From NCBI GenBank assembly GCA_040285825.1, contig JAUPSS010000003.1, positions 2,170,001-2,234,000 on the forward strand: a DNA stretch of 64,000 bases. Direction: 5' to 3'. The first letter of the stretch is position 1. Every line of letters starts with the position of its first letter. Positions 11,299-21,872 of this stretch are shown piece after piece. Position numbers and translations under genes: made by a program. The notes under the pieces were generated by a model. It worked only from the letters and a program-made list of their open reading frames with translations. It had not been told where the DNA came from and did no database searches. The DNA comes from Eukaryota sp. TZLM1-RC. Its lineage: Eukaryota; Protista; Metamonada: BaSk clade.

Positions 11299-12568
11299 CT
11301 ATTCTTCTGCGGATCCTAAAGCCGTGATCATTAACCACTTCTGGACCCCAAAATGGAGGTAAAGCAGCAATAAGTTCATTGGGAGGAATCGATGCAGGAT
11401 CTCCTAGCATTAACTCAATACCAGCATTGAGAACTGAGTTTTGAGCTTCAGTTCTCTGCTGGGTAGAGATGAAAGGAGAATCTGATTCCTGGGGCTGGCT
11501 TGGGGCTTGATAGGTGTTAGGCTGTGCAGCACTAAGCACCTGCCAAGCAGCAGGAACAGAAGAAACAACGTGACCTTGCTGAGGAGTCTGGCCAGAGGTT
11601 GGAGATAAATGAATTACTCCTCTAGTAGGAACTCCCGAAGGAGGAACAGGTGGAGTTGAATGGACTTCTGTAGGAGCTACCGTAGTAGGAGCAGAAGTAT
11701 CAGGATGACCTGCTACAGGAACTTCTCGAGAAGGAGTAGTAGGATTAGAGTTACCAGCAGGGACTGCAAGAGGAGCTGGTTGTTGCGGAGGGCTGCTTTC
11801 CATTGGAACTTCCGTAGAAGGAGTAGAAGGAGCTCGTTGTCCTTCCTCAGGAACTTCCGTAGAAGGAGTGGGAGGAGCTTGTTGTCCTTCCTCAGGAGCT
11901 TCCGTAGAAGAAGTGGAAGGAGCTTGTTGTCCTTCCTCAGGAGCTTTCGTAGAAGAAGTGGAAGGGATGACAGGAGCGCAAACAATAGGTGAAGAGGGAG
12001 ACTCTACCATCTTGAGCTTCAACAGCTCAGATATCTTGTTGCTAGCCGAGTCAGGGTCAGTCTGGTTGATAATATACTTCAGATAATCATCTAAAGTGCT
12101 AAACTGTTCAGGACCTGAAAGGGAATCTTCGACCTCTCCTTCAGAACCAGGGGGAGGAGAAAGAGGTACGAAGTCTTCCACATCAGAGGGAGGAACAGGA
12201 AGACTGATAGGAACCGCAGGAGCATCCGTAGATGGAGTGGAACCTTGACCCGGAGGGTGGGAGGAAGTATCACTTCTCTCGCCACCAGAGGGTAGTTCTG
12301 TTTCCAACTGAGGAGTTTGGGAGGAAGAACTTGAAACATTGGGTTGTGTGACAGAATCTCCGGAAGGAGGAGACGACACAGGAGGAGGAGAAGCATTGCT
12401 TCCCTCGGACCCAGTTGTCAAAGGTTGTTCTGGTCCCGACTGAGGAGTTCGGGAGGAAGAACTCGAAAGGTGAGACGTAGAATGATCAGTCCTAACAGTC
12501 TCGGAGTTGTCATTGGAACCACCCAAAGGTGATCCAATACGTATTGATGATCTGCGGGGGTTAGACAT
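11252..12568 (-). CDS. Pro/Ser/Thr-rich ORF0 of element 1, probable N-terminal extension of Gag; ATG lies inside the 5' LTR
   Basis: 438-aa low-complexity ORF containing 15-aa repeats APEEGQQAPSTSSTE; overlaps the gag frame by 47 nt. Confidence 0.7.
   Translation of the reverse strand: MSNPRRSSIRIGSPLGGSNDNSETVRTDHSTSHLSSSSSRTPQSGPEQPLTTGSEGSNASPPPVSSPPSGDSVTQPNVSSSSSQTPQLETELPSGGERSDTSSHPPGQGSTPSTDAPAVPISLPVPPSDVEDFVPLSPPPGSEGEVEDSLSGPEQFSTLDDYLKYIINQTDPDSASNKISELLKLKMVESPSSPIVCAPVIPSTSSTKAPEEGQQAPSTSSTEAPEEGQQAPPTPSTEVPEEGQRAPSTPSTEVPMESSPPQQPAPLAVPAGNSNPTTPSREVPVAGHPDTSAPTTVAPTEVHSTPPVPPSGVPTRGVIHLSPTSGQTPQQGHVVSSVPAAWQVLSAAQPNTYQAPSQPQESDSPFISTQQRTEAQNSVLNAGIELMLGDPASIPPNELIAALPPFWGPEVVNDHGFRIRRRIGLLPNGGSRQSHGSL
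11805..11965 (-). repeat. 45-nt coding tandem repeat (about 3.5 units)
   Basis: Unit resembles CTTCCGTAGAAGGAGTRGRAGGAGCTYGTTGTCCTTCCTCAGGAR. Confidence 0.85.
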
Positions 12569-12710
12569 TATACCTGAATGTAGAGTAATTTATTACAAGG
12601 GAATGAGGATTTCCCTTAACTTAAGCGCATGGGCGCAATAGTACAATAACTATAAATAAACTATAAATAAACTATAAATAAACTATTATAAATATTATCC
12701 AAGGCTAACA
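12545..12710 (-). repeat. 5' LTR of element 1
   Basis: Matches 5296-5449 apart from one extra G, one extra 11-bp unit and one substitution. Confidence 0.93.
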
Positions 12711-13249
12711 CTTGAACATATTCTGTACACATCGATGATGTTTACCCCTTTTGTACATTGGGTATACAAAATACACTTAAAAAATACCAAATATGTACAC
12801 AGTAGGTCTTGTTGCAAAAATTTTATCTCTCTTGTTTGTAAACTGCTGGAGACTGAACAAAACAAATAAATGTTGTTGTGGGGCTTTGTTGATTCTTCGT
12901 TAATTCAATTCCTTAGTGCTATGGAATTAAGGAGAAGGATTGCGACAGAGAAATTGGAATAGACAAAAATCACCTTCCTGTAGCAGTAGAACTTACGTGC
13001 TAGACTTCGCTTATGTTACTTAGGTTTTTGTTCTCACTTGGTCAAAAAAGTTGCATCTCCATTAAAAAAGTGATGGAATAATATCCGAGAGTGCAAAATT
13101 GATGTTGAAAGAGAACACAAAATTACGAAATGGATCCTTAAATTAAATTTTTAGCTGGATTATTATCTTTGAATTTTCTTTTGTTTGAAAGTTTGAATAC
13201 TAAATTCATTATTAAAAAAGAATGAAGTTTTGAATTGTTCTTTAATCAA

Positions 13250-14034
13250 TTCATTTTTTCGCAACAACAATAGAGGTGATGCCATATTATTTGGATTAGA
13301 TGGAACCTTCATTTTAGGATGTAATGTCTGTTGATCCTTGTAATGTCTCAAATGAAAGACTGGCTAATTCTAAAATTCATAATCCTCTTTCAAATGCTGA
13401 AAATTTCAAAATCAAAAAATACAGTGCACCTTTGTCCAAATTGTTCAGCCAACAGCATGCAAAATACAACTTGTATCCATTTGTATCTTCTCTATTTGGT
13501 TCACTTGCTCCCACGGCTTTACGTTTTTTTGGCAGATTTTGAAATGATTGTTAAGGGAAGAACCAACAGAAATTTCAACAGATTGTTTTGGCACTATAGA
13601 ATTGTGTTTTCTATTTTTAAGGGGATGTTGAAGATGGTTTCTGATGCGCTGCTCCTTCTTGGATCTCACTATGAGAGAGTTGCAATTAGTGTTTTTGTTT
13701 TGGGAGAGATGGATTATTTTTTTTTCAAGTATTTTAATTTTATTCAAAACCTATAAATCAACATCTAAAAAATCCATCTCTCCCAAAACAAAAACACTAG
13801 ATGCAACTCTCTCATAGTGAGAACCAAGAGACAGCAAAGCATCAGAAACCATCTTCAACATCCCCTTAAAAATAGAAAACACAATTCTATTTTGCCAAAA
13901 AAATCTGTTGAAATTTCTCCCAGTTCTTCTCTTGACAATCAATTCAAAATCATCCAAAAAACGTAAAGCAGTTGATGGATTATTTAGATGTTGATTTATA
14001 AGTTGTTTTAATAAATCAATATTATTCAAAAAAA
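13250..14034 (+). mobile_element. CRE-clade non-LTR retrotransposon family D, 3' fragment, interrupted by an antisense D copy
   Basis: Matches 56585-57090 (RGD...DVMSVDPCN...GEMD); sequence resumes after 13985. Confidence 0.85.
13720..13973 (-). mobile_element. family D 3' fragment inserted antisense, with short A-tail
   Basis: TSD GATGGATTATTT at 13708-13719 and 13974-13985; encodes ...GEMDFLDVDL*. Confidence 0.88.
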
Positions 14035-14068
14035 TCAATTAATTTAGTTTTGTCAACACTTTTTATAC

Positions 14069-15592
14069 ATGTCTCGCAATATCAAAAGTGGAATATCAAA
14101 GGATGAAGGTCGCCTCAAGCGCGAGAAGGTTTCTCTCTCTTTAAGAAAGGAGAAACGTCACGAACATCTTGCAAAACGAAGAGACGAGTCATTGGCTGAT
14201 CTCTCCACTGACGCACTCACAACACAACTACAACGTCTCCCTGAATTTGTCCAAAAGGTCTTTTCTGATGACCTTCAACAACAAATTGAAGGAACTCACG
14301 GTCTACGTAAACTTCTCTCTCTTGAACAGCCCGAGCCTCTCACCGCCACTATTCAAGCTAATGTCATCCCAAGACTCGTTGAGTTTTTGCGTGTGCCAGA
14401 AAACAACCTTCAATTTGAGGCTGCATGGGCTCTCACTAACATCGCTTCTGGTTCCTCTGAACATACCATGGCTGTTGTCAATGCTCATGCTGTCCCTGCA
14501 CTTATCCGTACCATTGGTCAACCTGGCAAACTCAACGTTAAGGAACAATGTATTTGGGCATTAGGAAACATTGCTGGTGAAGGCCACGACGCTCGCAACT
14601 ACATACTTAACAGTGGAGCAATGGGTGTGGTCGTTCAAACAGTCGAGCAAGCCATCCATGAAGGGAACAAAAGCATTCTCAAGAACATTGTATGGGCCCT
14701 TGCCAATCTTTGTCGTGCTAAACCATTACCAGAGCCCCATTTAATTCAACCTGCTATTCCTCTGTTGGTAAGGCTCCTGTCCAATCCTGACCATCATGTT
14801 GTTGGTGATGCTGTCTGGGCTTTTGTTTATCTCTCTGACAGTGATAATGCGGAGGACATTGAAAGAGTTATTCAGTGTGGTGCGGTCCCAAAGTTGCTTG
14901 ATTTACTTACCATTGATGATGCCAAGGTCCAGACTCCTGCGTTGAGAGCCCTGGGTAACATCTTAACTGGAAATGATAGACAATCTGACTTTGTTATTGA
15001 CCAAGGTCTTTTACCAAGAATTAAACACATTGTTGTGAATGGTAGACCAGCTGTTCAAAGAGAAGCTATTTGGGCCTTATCTAATGTTACAGCAGGCTCT
15101 GCTCATCAAATAACCTTATGTTTTAGCAATGGTTTAATGCATCCTGTGATCAAATTGTTAACAAATGCCAGTTTTGAAGTTCGAAAGGAGGCTCTGTGGT
15201 GTGTAGCTAATGCCATTGTGTCTGGCACCTTTGAACATTGCCAGCAAATCATTAATGATGGTGCACATATTCCAATTATTCAATTAATGTCTGTAGCTGA
15301 CACTGATTGTGTTTCTGTTGCCTTGGATGCTGTTTTAGGTCTACTCAAAACGGGAGAGAAAATGGCCAATGCTACAGGAGAAGTTAATCCATTTAAGGAA
15401 CTGATTATTTCTTTTGGAGGATTGGAGAAAATTGGTGATTTGCAACGCCATCCAGATGATAAAATTTACAGAAAAACTACACATGTTCTTGAAACTTATT
15501 TCATGGAACATGTCAGCGAGGAACAAGAAGATGTTGTACCTGAAGTAGTTGGTGAAACTTATCAGTTCCAAGCTGGCGGTTTCAATCTTTAA
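14069..15592 (+). CDS. KPNA: importin subunit alpha (karyopherin alpha)
   Basis: IBB domain (LRKEKRHEHLAKRR); ARM repeats FEAAWALTNIASG, EQCIWALGNIAG, PALRALGNI, REAIWALSNVTAG; C-terminal GGFNL. Confidence 0.97.
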   Translation: MSRNIKSGISKDEGRLKREKVSLSLRKEKRHEHLAKRRDESLADLSTDALTTQLQRLPEFVQKVFSDDLQQQIEGTHGLRKLLSLEQPEPLTATIQANVIPRLVEFLRVPENNLQFEAAWALTNIASGSSEHTMAVVNAHAVPALIRTIGQPGKLNVKEQCIWALGNIAGEGHDARNYILNSGAMGVVVQTVEQAIHEGNKSILKNIVWALANLCRAKPLPEPHLIQPAIPLLVRLLSNPDHHVVGDAVWAFVYLSDSDNAEDIERVIQCGAVPKLLDLLTIDDAKVQTPALRALGNILTGNDRQSDFVIDQGLLPRIKHIVVNGRPAVQREAIWALSNVTAGSAHQITLCFSNGLMHPVIKLLTNASFEVRKEALWCVANAIVSGTFEHCQQIINDGAHIPIIQLMSVADTDCVSVALDAVLGLLKTGEKMANATGEVNPFKELIISFGGLEKIGDLQRHPDDKIYRKTTHVLETYFMEHVSEEQEDVVPEVVGETYQFQAGGFNL

Positions 15593-15976
15593 GTTAATGA
15601 AATAGTTGTGTTTTGTGAGTTTTAGTAATATTATAAATTCCTTTTTTTGGTTTCTTCTTTGTTTTGCACTAAACATTGGAAACAATTCTGCACATGTGTA
15701 AGTAATAGCTGAAATTGACCTTTTTGTAGATATTTTTTGCTCAGTCACTACTTCTGAAAAGGGTATGTTTTGTGATGTATTTTGATTCTGTTCAATATTT
15801 GGAACGATACAATCATATTGAGCAAAACTTTGCAATGAATGGTTTCAACCTTCAGGCAAGTATACTTAAACTGTTGATGGTTTATAGCAGTTTCATTGTT
15901 TTCAAATTTAGTTTTTTATTTTCCAAAATCAAACAAAACAATTGATATAACATTAGAACTTTACTAGGGTATGAAG

Positions 15977-16200
15977 TTATAGAATTTTAAGTTTGTTGTT
16001 TAGTTTTTCATTAGAGTAAATAAATCTGTTCAAACAAATATACTCGATGCAGACGTCAACATCATCAAATGTTGTGAGCACACGATTTTTATACCTTAAT
16101 CCTAATTGTAACAGTGCTTTGGTCATCATTTCTGGAATTGCTTTGATAATACTACAAACAATTGAATTGTGACAGAAATTAAAGTTCAATTCTTTTGCTC
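15977..16200 (-). mobile_element. degenerate CRE-like 3' fragment
   Basis: IVCSIIKAIPEMMTKALL...FDDVDVC parallels the CRE C-terminus RIVFxIFKxxPxMIxxAL. Confidence 0.55.
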
Positions 16201-16509
16201 CTCTTTATTTTATTAAACATCTTAATTTACACTTTCTTCATCAGAGCAGGGGAGACTATAATTTTTTTCATTCAATGAGTTAAAGCAAACATTACAACAA
16301 ACGAGCATATTACATTTTGACAGTAAAATGATGAACAATCAGAAATATGTTCATATACAACATCCTGATATTGGACCATTTGCATTTTTCGTGAAAACCC
16401 CAATCAGTAAAACATGAAATCATAATAATTTTTTTAATATATTTTTATTTATTCCAACAAAAACAAACTATACGACAAGGTCAAAAATCTATGTCTTCAT
16501 AACCCTAAT

Positions 16510-16630
16510 CAGCCAAGAAGAATTGACTGGAAGTTTTTCTTTCATAAAAGCGTCCAAACAAAGCTGAAGATAATAAGGGAACAACACCTTTGAAAATTGA
16601 AAATACAATTCTGTTTTGCCAAAAACTCTT
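16510..16630 (-). mobile_element. degenerate CRE-like 3' fragment
   Basis: Reverse strand reads FWQNRIVFSIFKG. Confidence 0.55.
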
Positions 16631-17205
16631 GTCAAAAACAATAAAAACATGATTTGGAAAAAGTGTGTACACTTGCAGAAGAGCTCAATTTGGATATTAA
16701 ATTTATACCTGCAAAGGCCACTGATTGATTTTGTGTGCTGGAGGATTCTATAAATGCACCCTTTAAAAAACGGCTAAGAAAAGATTTGGAGATTACTGTA
16801 TCGAAGACATTACAAACAGTTACAGAACGATGTAGCTTTAGATGATGTAAGCTTGAATTTATTGGCAACAACCGTAAAACCAAAAATTGAACAGTGGATC
16901 ATTTATTCATTTGAGCATTTGAAAGCGATTGAGGAAAACTATATTCTAAATGGATGAGAGCATGTTCGCAAAAACATTGATGCATGCATTCAAGCCCTTG
17001 AATAGTTGTTTGATATTTAGTTCATAGTTATTAAAAATTCTTGATTTAAAATAAATTGTTTTTCTGAAATATGTTCGAACTTTTATATCTTGTTCGACCA
17101 TTTCTCTGTTCGAACCTTTTTGGGTCGAAGTTTTTTACCAACACGGTAAAAGAAATTTTTGATCCATATTGACAAGTCAAATTATGAGGCATATGAAGCA
17201 TGAAA

Positions 17206-17277
17206 TCGCATATGGTGTAGTGGCTAGCATTACTGTCTCTCACACAGTAGACCCGGGTTCGATTCCCGGTATGCGAA
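17206..17277 (+). tRNA. tRNA-Glu(CTC)
   Basis: Acceptor stem TCGCATA/TATGCGA; anticodon arm ACTGT-CTCTCAC-ACAGT; T arm CCGGG-TTCGATT-CCCGG. Confidence 0.95.
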
Positions 17278-17839
17278 ATTTTTGGCATTTTTTCTCACAA
17301 TAGAGTGTTTTGCAGCAAAAATGTTGGATGATTTGGGCGATAAGAAAATAACACCTAATAAATAGGCGTCTAATATTTTAGATGTCCACAATTTTAGAAA
17401 GCAGGGTACTATTTCTTAACCCTTGATGATATTTTTTGACCATTGTTTGAAAGAATCTTTAAGCACAAATTCCTTATCATCTCTTGTGTTTCTGCTTACT
17501 CTGAATGAAATGGTCTATGTTCTTACTAATATAATTGTGCCAGAGTTTTGAGGTATGCATTGCTTCGCTTATAACCGGAAGTTGTCCAGATTTGTTCCAC
17601 CAAAGCAGTTTCTAGCCGACCATTTTTAGCATCTTTCGTCTTTTCACCAAAGCCTTACTTTGTGAGAGATTTCTGTAAAATTCAAAATATTGATTTACGT
17701 TGAAACGTCATATCGACGACCTTTATTTAAAATAGATTTCAACGTATTTTGATATGAGATGTCCATTTACAGAATGAATTCAAATTTGTTATTTTTATTT
17801 TATTCTCCTCTACAAAAAATCCGTCTTACTTGAATTCTT

Positions 17840-19430
17840 ACAGAGCCATGATCATTGTTTCTACTCTTTCATACTGATGCCTGAATCTGTTTCTGATTCC
17901 ATTGGAGTAAAAAGAAAGAATGATTGAACACATGTTGCTGATGATGTTCTACTCACTTCTTCTCCCCACCGTCATCCCTCTTCGATTTTGCATAAACGAA
18001 TTTCTGATCAAGAAACTTCTGGAAACCTTGTTGAAAATAAAGATTGGTCAAGAATGAAAAAACACTCTCACAAATGCTCCAATTGCCGATAAAAGAGACA
18101 TGATGCTGCTGAAACGTGTCCTAATGTGGAAAAAAATGATGTGACAAATTCTGGAAAAAAATGCAAAAGAAAATTTACTAGAAGAATTGAATCTGAAGAA
18201 GAATCAATCAGTTATCCTCCACAAGTTGTTGCCATACCAGTAACCAATCGTATCAAGCACAAAGTTTGCAGCAATTGTGGTGTTTCTTTCAGAAATAATA
18301 CAAAAGGTAAAATTGCTGATCGATGCTTGAGTCGTCCAATAGAAGACAATTACCATTTCCGATAAAACTCCCTCAAGAAATACATCCATCGAAATGCAAT
18401 GAATTTTCTTTGGTTTTTAGAAGATTTTTGCATCAATTATGTATGGGAAAATATTCTATCAACATTTACTGGGAACTTTTTGGTTTTTCTATGCTCCTCT
18501 TGAACAAAATTTGTTGACAATTCTGTAGATTCAACTGATAATGCACCAAGAAAACTGCCATCTGAAAAATTGAGCAAAATTATTGAAGATAAATGCTTTG
18601 ATAACAAGTGGTCTAGTGCTTTGTCTACTTTAAATCCAATATGTTTGTGCAAATCACTCATCAGATTCTTCATTGTTTGTGACCATTGTGCCACGAAGAT
18701 TTGGACTGTTTACCAATAATGAAGCGTTTGTGACAAGAATAGATTATATTTGAATATTTTCAGTAATCATTTAGTATTAAAAGAAAAATGTATTTGTTCC
18801 AATTCAACATGGCTCACCATGTGTCACGCTCTGAATTGTTCGAAATTGATAACTTATAATTCCTCATTTCAAGATGCTGTTAGAGACACTTTTTTTAATA
18901 TGGCAAGAAAGGCAAGATTCTGATGTATTGAGGAGCTTTTGCTTAGAGAAACACTATCATTAAACAAATTTGGTACTGATAAAAGGAGGCGATATATACT
19001 GTGATTGGATGGATAACTCTGTTGATTTTGTCTGCTGTAATGTTGCAAATGACACTTTGGTTCAAGGAAGCAAACTTAATCCTGTGGGTGCTGTGGAATT
19101 TAAAGCTAAAGAAAAACATAGAAAATATGACAACGATATCAAAGAAGCTAATGCTGATAGAAGCAGACCATTAGTTTTAATTGCTTTCCCATTTTTTACA
19201 AACAGAAGTCGATCAGAAGAAACAGGAACATTTTTGAATATTTCCAGAATTTGGTCAAGAAAAAACAATGAAATTAAATTTGATTTCATTTGTTCCTGAT
19301 TTGATTTGTTTTTGATGGTGCTCATGAATTCAATTGGCCATAATAGAGAAATCACCGGGTCTTTAATCGGAAATAAGTAGCAATGGCGAGAAAACAACAG
19401 ATGAGGATTTTATGAACGCAAATTTGGTTA
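17840..19430 (+). mobile_element. internally deleted, degenerate CRE element: 5' Cys-rich region joined to the family B endonuclease end
   Basis: CSNC motifs at about 18075 and 18268; from about 18700 it aligns with 52070-52800 (GDIYCDW, VDFVCCNVANDT, KAKEKHRKYD); RT absent. Confidence 0.65.
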
Positions 19431-19859
19431 ATTGAATTTAGTCCTATTATTTGATTGAGTGTTGTAGTTCAAAAAAATCTTTTTATTTGAAATATAACTA
19501 CTGTAATCACCCTAATACAAGCTGGCGTCCAAATACAACCTCGAACCATATACAATTCGTGGAATTCTGCAGCTTGTCTTTGGATTTCGTTATTTTGGTA
19601 ATTACAGTTAATAACTATTTTTTAATGATTATTTTCTGGTTGGATCTTAAAGGTTTGGATTGTTTATGTTTTTGCGAATTTGTTATTATGAAAAAATTAC
19701 TCATTTACTTCTATCTTTACGTCCATCATTAACTTACAATTTTTGTAGACAATTTAACAAATTACGTACAGAATTTGTGGCTTATTTAATGTCAGTTGAT
19801 CCAACAATTTTGAGAAATCATATTTTTTCTGAAATTTAACTTTGCGTTCTTGGTTTCAA

Positions 19860-20470
19860 TTCATCAAAGTCATTGATCAACGCTACATTCATTGGTGATG
19901 GAACAAAATTTGTTTTTGAATTTTCTAGAAGATATCCTTTGCCGAATAAGATAAGAGCAGCTTTAGCTAGACGGCAAGCAGATCAAGATTTTGTAGGGGA
20001 AATTTTGGTTCAACGATAGTCGTCCCATTAGTTATGAATTAATTTAATTAAGTGTGCATGTTCAATAAATATCAATTTTTGCCGAAAATCTTCTTGAAGC
20101 AACAAATAGTCTTTTTCTGGACAATTTAAGAGAAGAAGTATTCAATTTATCTCCTGAGTTATGGCAAACACGTTTCCTATAGCCATTAAAGACATTCCAG
20201 AAAGCAGTTTGTCTTCATTGAAATTTGCGTTGAAAAAACTTCACCGACATCTTTTAGAAAAATTTTGAAAGTAAAGATTCTATTGTTCGACTCAGCACCG
20301 TTGAGCAAGAATATCCTGTCTTTGCAAATTTTTTAATTGATTTAAAGGAGAGTTCATCTGCAGTTTTGTTGATTTAAATTTCCTAGATTTATGGCTTATT
20401 TTTAAATGACGACCAATGGACCACTGCAATGAGAATGTGTTGTAATTTGTGGCCCTCTAATTTGTGTTGG
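19860..20470 (+). mobile_element. degenerate CRE fragment (post-RT region) carrying a short family B insert at 19947-20077
   Basis: Motifs FIGDGTKFVFEFSRRYP and LNDDQWTTAMRM; insert flanked by TSD TTTGCCGAA (19938-19946, 20078-20086). Confidence 0.7.
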
Positions 20471-20480
20471 CTTTAGTGCA

Positions 20481-20645
20481 ATTGGCCATTATTAATAGAT
20501 TACCGCGGTTTTTCAATCGAATTAGAGAAGCTTTAGCTAGACAGCAAGCAAATCAAGATTTTGTAGAGGAAATCTTGGTTTAATGATAGTCGTCCCATTA
20601 GTTATGATTTAATTTAATCAATTGTGCAAATTCAATAAATACGAT
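20481..20645 (+). mobile_element. short family B 3'-end insertion
   Basis: Near-identical to 52700-52862; TSD CTTTAGTGCA at 20471-20480 and 20646-20655. Confidence 0.9.
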
Positions 20646-20799
20646 CTTTAGTGCACTGTTGTTCATAAAACGGGAAGCTTATGTACCAAAATATGAAAAT
20701 CAACATACAAAATCAACTAAATGCATTTAAACTAATGATGACGTGATGCATCACGTGATATTTTCCAAAACGGGAAGGTTGAGTTTAGCCTTAGCTAAC

Positions 20800-21690
20800 A
20801 TTTACCCAATGATGTGTTTTGCAAATGTGGAGCTGGGTTGACATTATCACATTCATTTAATTGCAACTGTTAGCCTTGATCAATATTTGTATCTATAGTT
20901 TAGTTATATTTATAGTTAATTGTTCAAATGCGCCTATGCGCTTAAGCTGAGAGAAATCCTTTTCTCTCTGTAATAAATTACTTTACATTCAGGTATACTG
21001 TCATGTCTAACCCCACAAAATCATCACAACAGATTTATTTCTTATTGTTGCATGATGCTGTCAGAGATCAAATCCCTGCAATGTGTCATTCCTGTCATAT
21101 TGAATCATTTGTAGAACCATTGTTGAGGTCTCTTGATATAAATGAAAACGTTAGAGATTCAAGATATGGAAAACGACGTGCTGATGTTGTTGTGCCCTCG
21201 GTTGATGATGTCATGAATGTTGTTGATGTCATGAATGTTGTTGATGTCGTAACAGTGGATGTTTGTAAGAAAAAATGTTTTGAAATATGCACAATCCGAA
21301 GTATCCCCACTTGATGATTCAGAATTGGATAAACCGAAGAATTAAGCAAATCCTTTGAAAGAATTGAAACATGTTCGCCATGTTGATTACCAAATTTGCC
21401 CATCTGCCATTTCTTTGTATGGACGTCTTGGAAAAACCGCAAAGAATTTTATTGATGGTTTTGAAAAGCTTGTAAAAAGAAAAATGAATAAGCGTTTTGA
21501 TCGCGTTTGTGGTTAAATCGCATTGTTTTTACTATTTTCAAAACAATTCCTAAAATGATTTCGAAAGCTCTGATGTCTGTCGGTGCACATTACTAAGACA
21601 CTGCTGTTGTACGGTTTGATGGTGTGGAAGCTTGTTTTGAAGATATTGATTGTTAGTTTTTAGTTTTGACAATAAATTAGAAATAAAATA
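20800..21690 (+). mobile_element. degenerate CRE 3' fragment (zinc finger + RLE) interrupted by a solo LTR
   Basis: HDAVRDQ, ESFVEPLL, GKRRADVVVP, DVVTVDVC. Confidence 0.75.
20868..21026 (+). repeat. solo LTR related to element 1
   Basis: TGTTAGCCTTG...AATCATCA homologous to the element 1 LTR; 4-bp TSD CAAC (20864-20867, 21027-21030). Confidence 0.9.
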
Positions 21691-21872
21691 TTTAAAAAAA
21701 GTTCATGTAAAGTATAGTTCCTCACCACATCAGTTAAGTCTGTTTTGGAGACTGTGCTCTCAGTTCCTCTTTTTGGATATGTAACATCCGAAGTTTTGAA
21801 CTGTTTGAAAATGGTCGAAACTAATTCATTACTTTCTTCTCTTTTTGTGCAGCTTCGAACTTGTTGATCACA

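Larger units (their letters stand above)
5296..12710 (-). mobile_element. Ty3/gypsy (chromovirus-like) LTR retrotransposon 1, full-length, pol frameshifted
   Basis: Near-identical terminal LTRs (TG...CA on minus strand); PPT AAAAGAAGAAAGGGCAG next to the 3' LTR; order gag-PR-RT-RH-IN; 4-bp flanks do not match (TGGT vs CTTG). Confidence 0.95.

Noticed and set aside
15341-15835. 164-aa minus-strand ORF
   Set aside because: It overlaps the importin-alpha 3' end in antisense, has a non-ATG start and shows no motif
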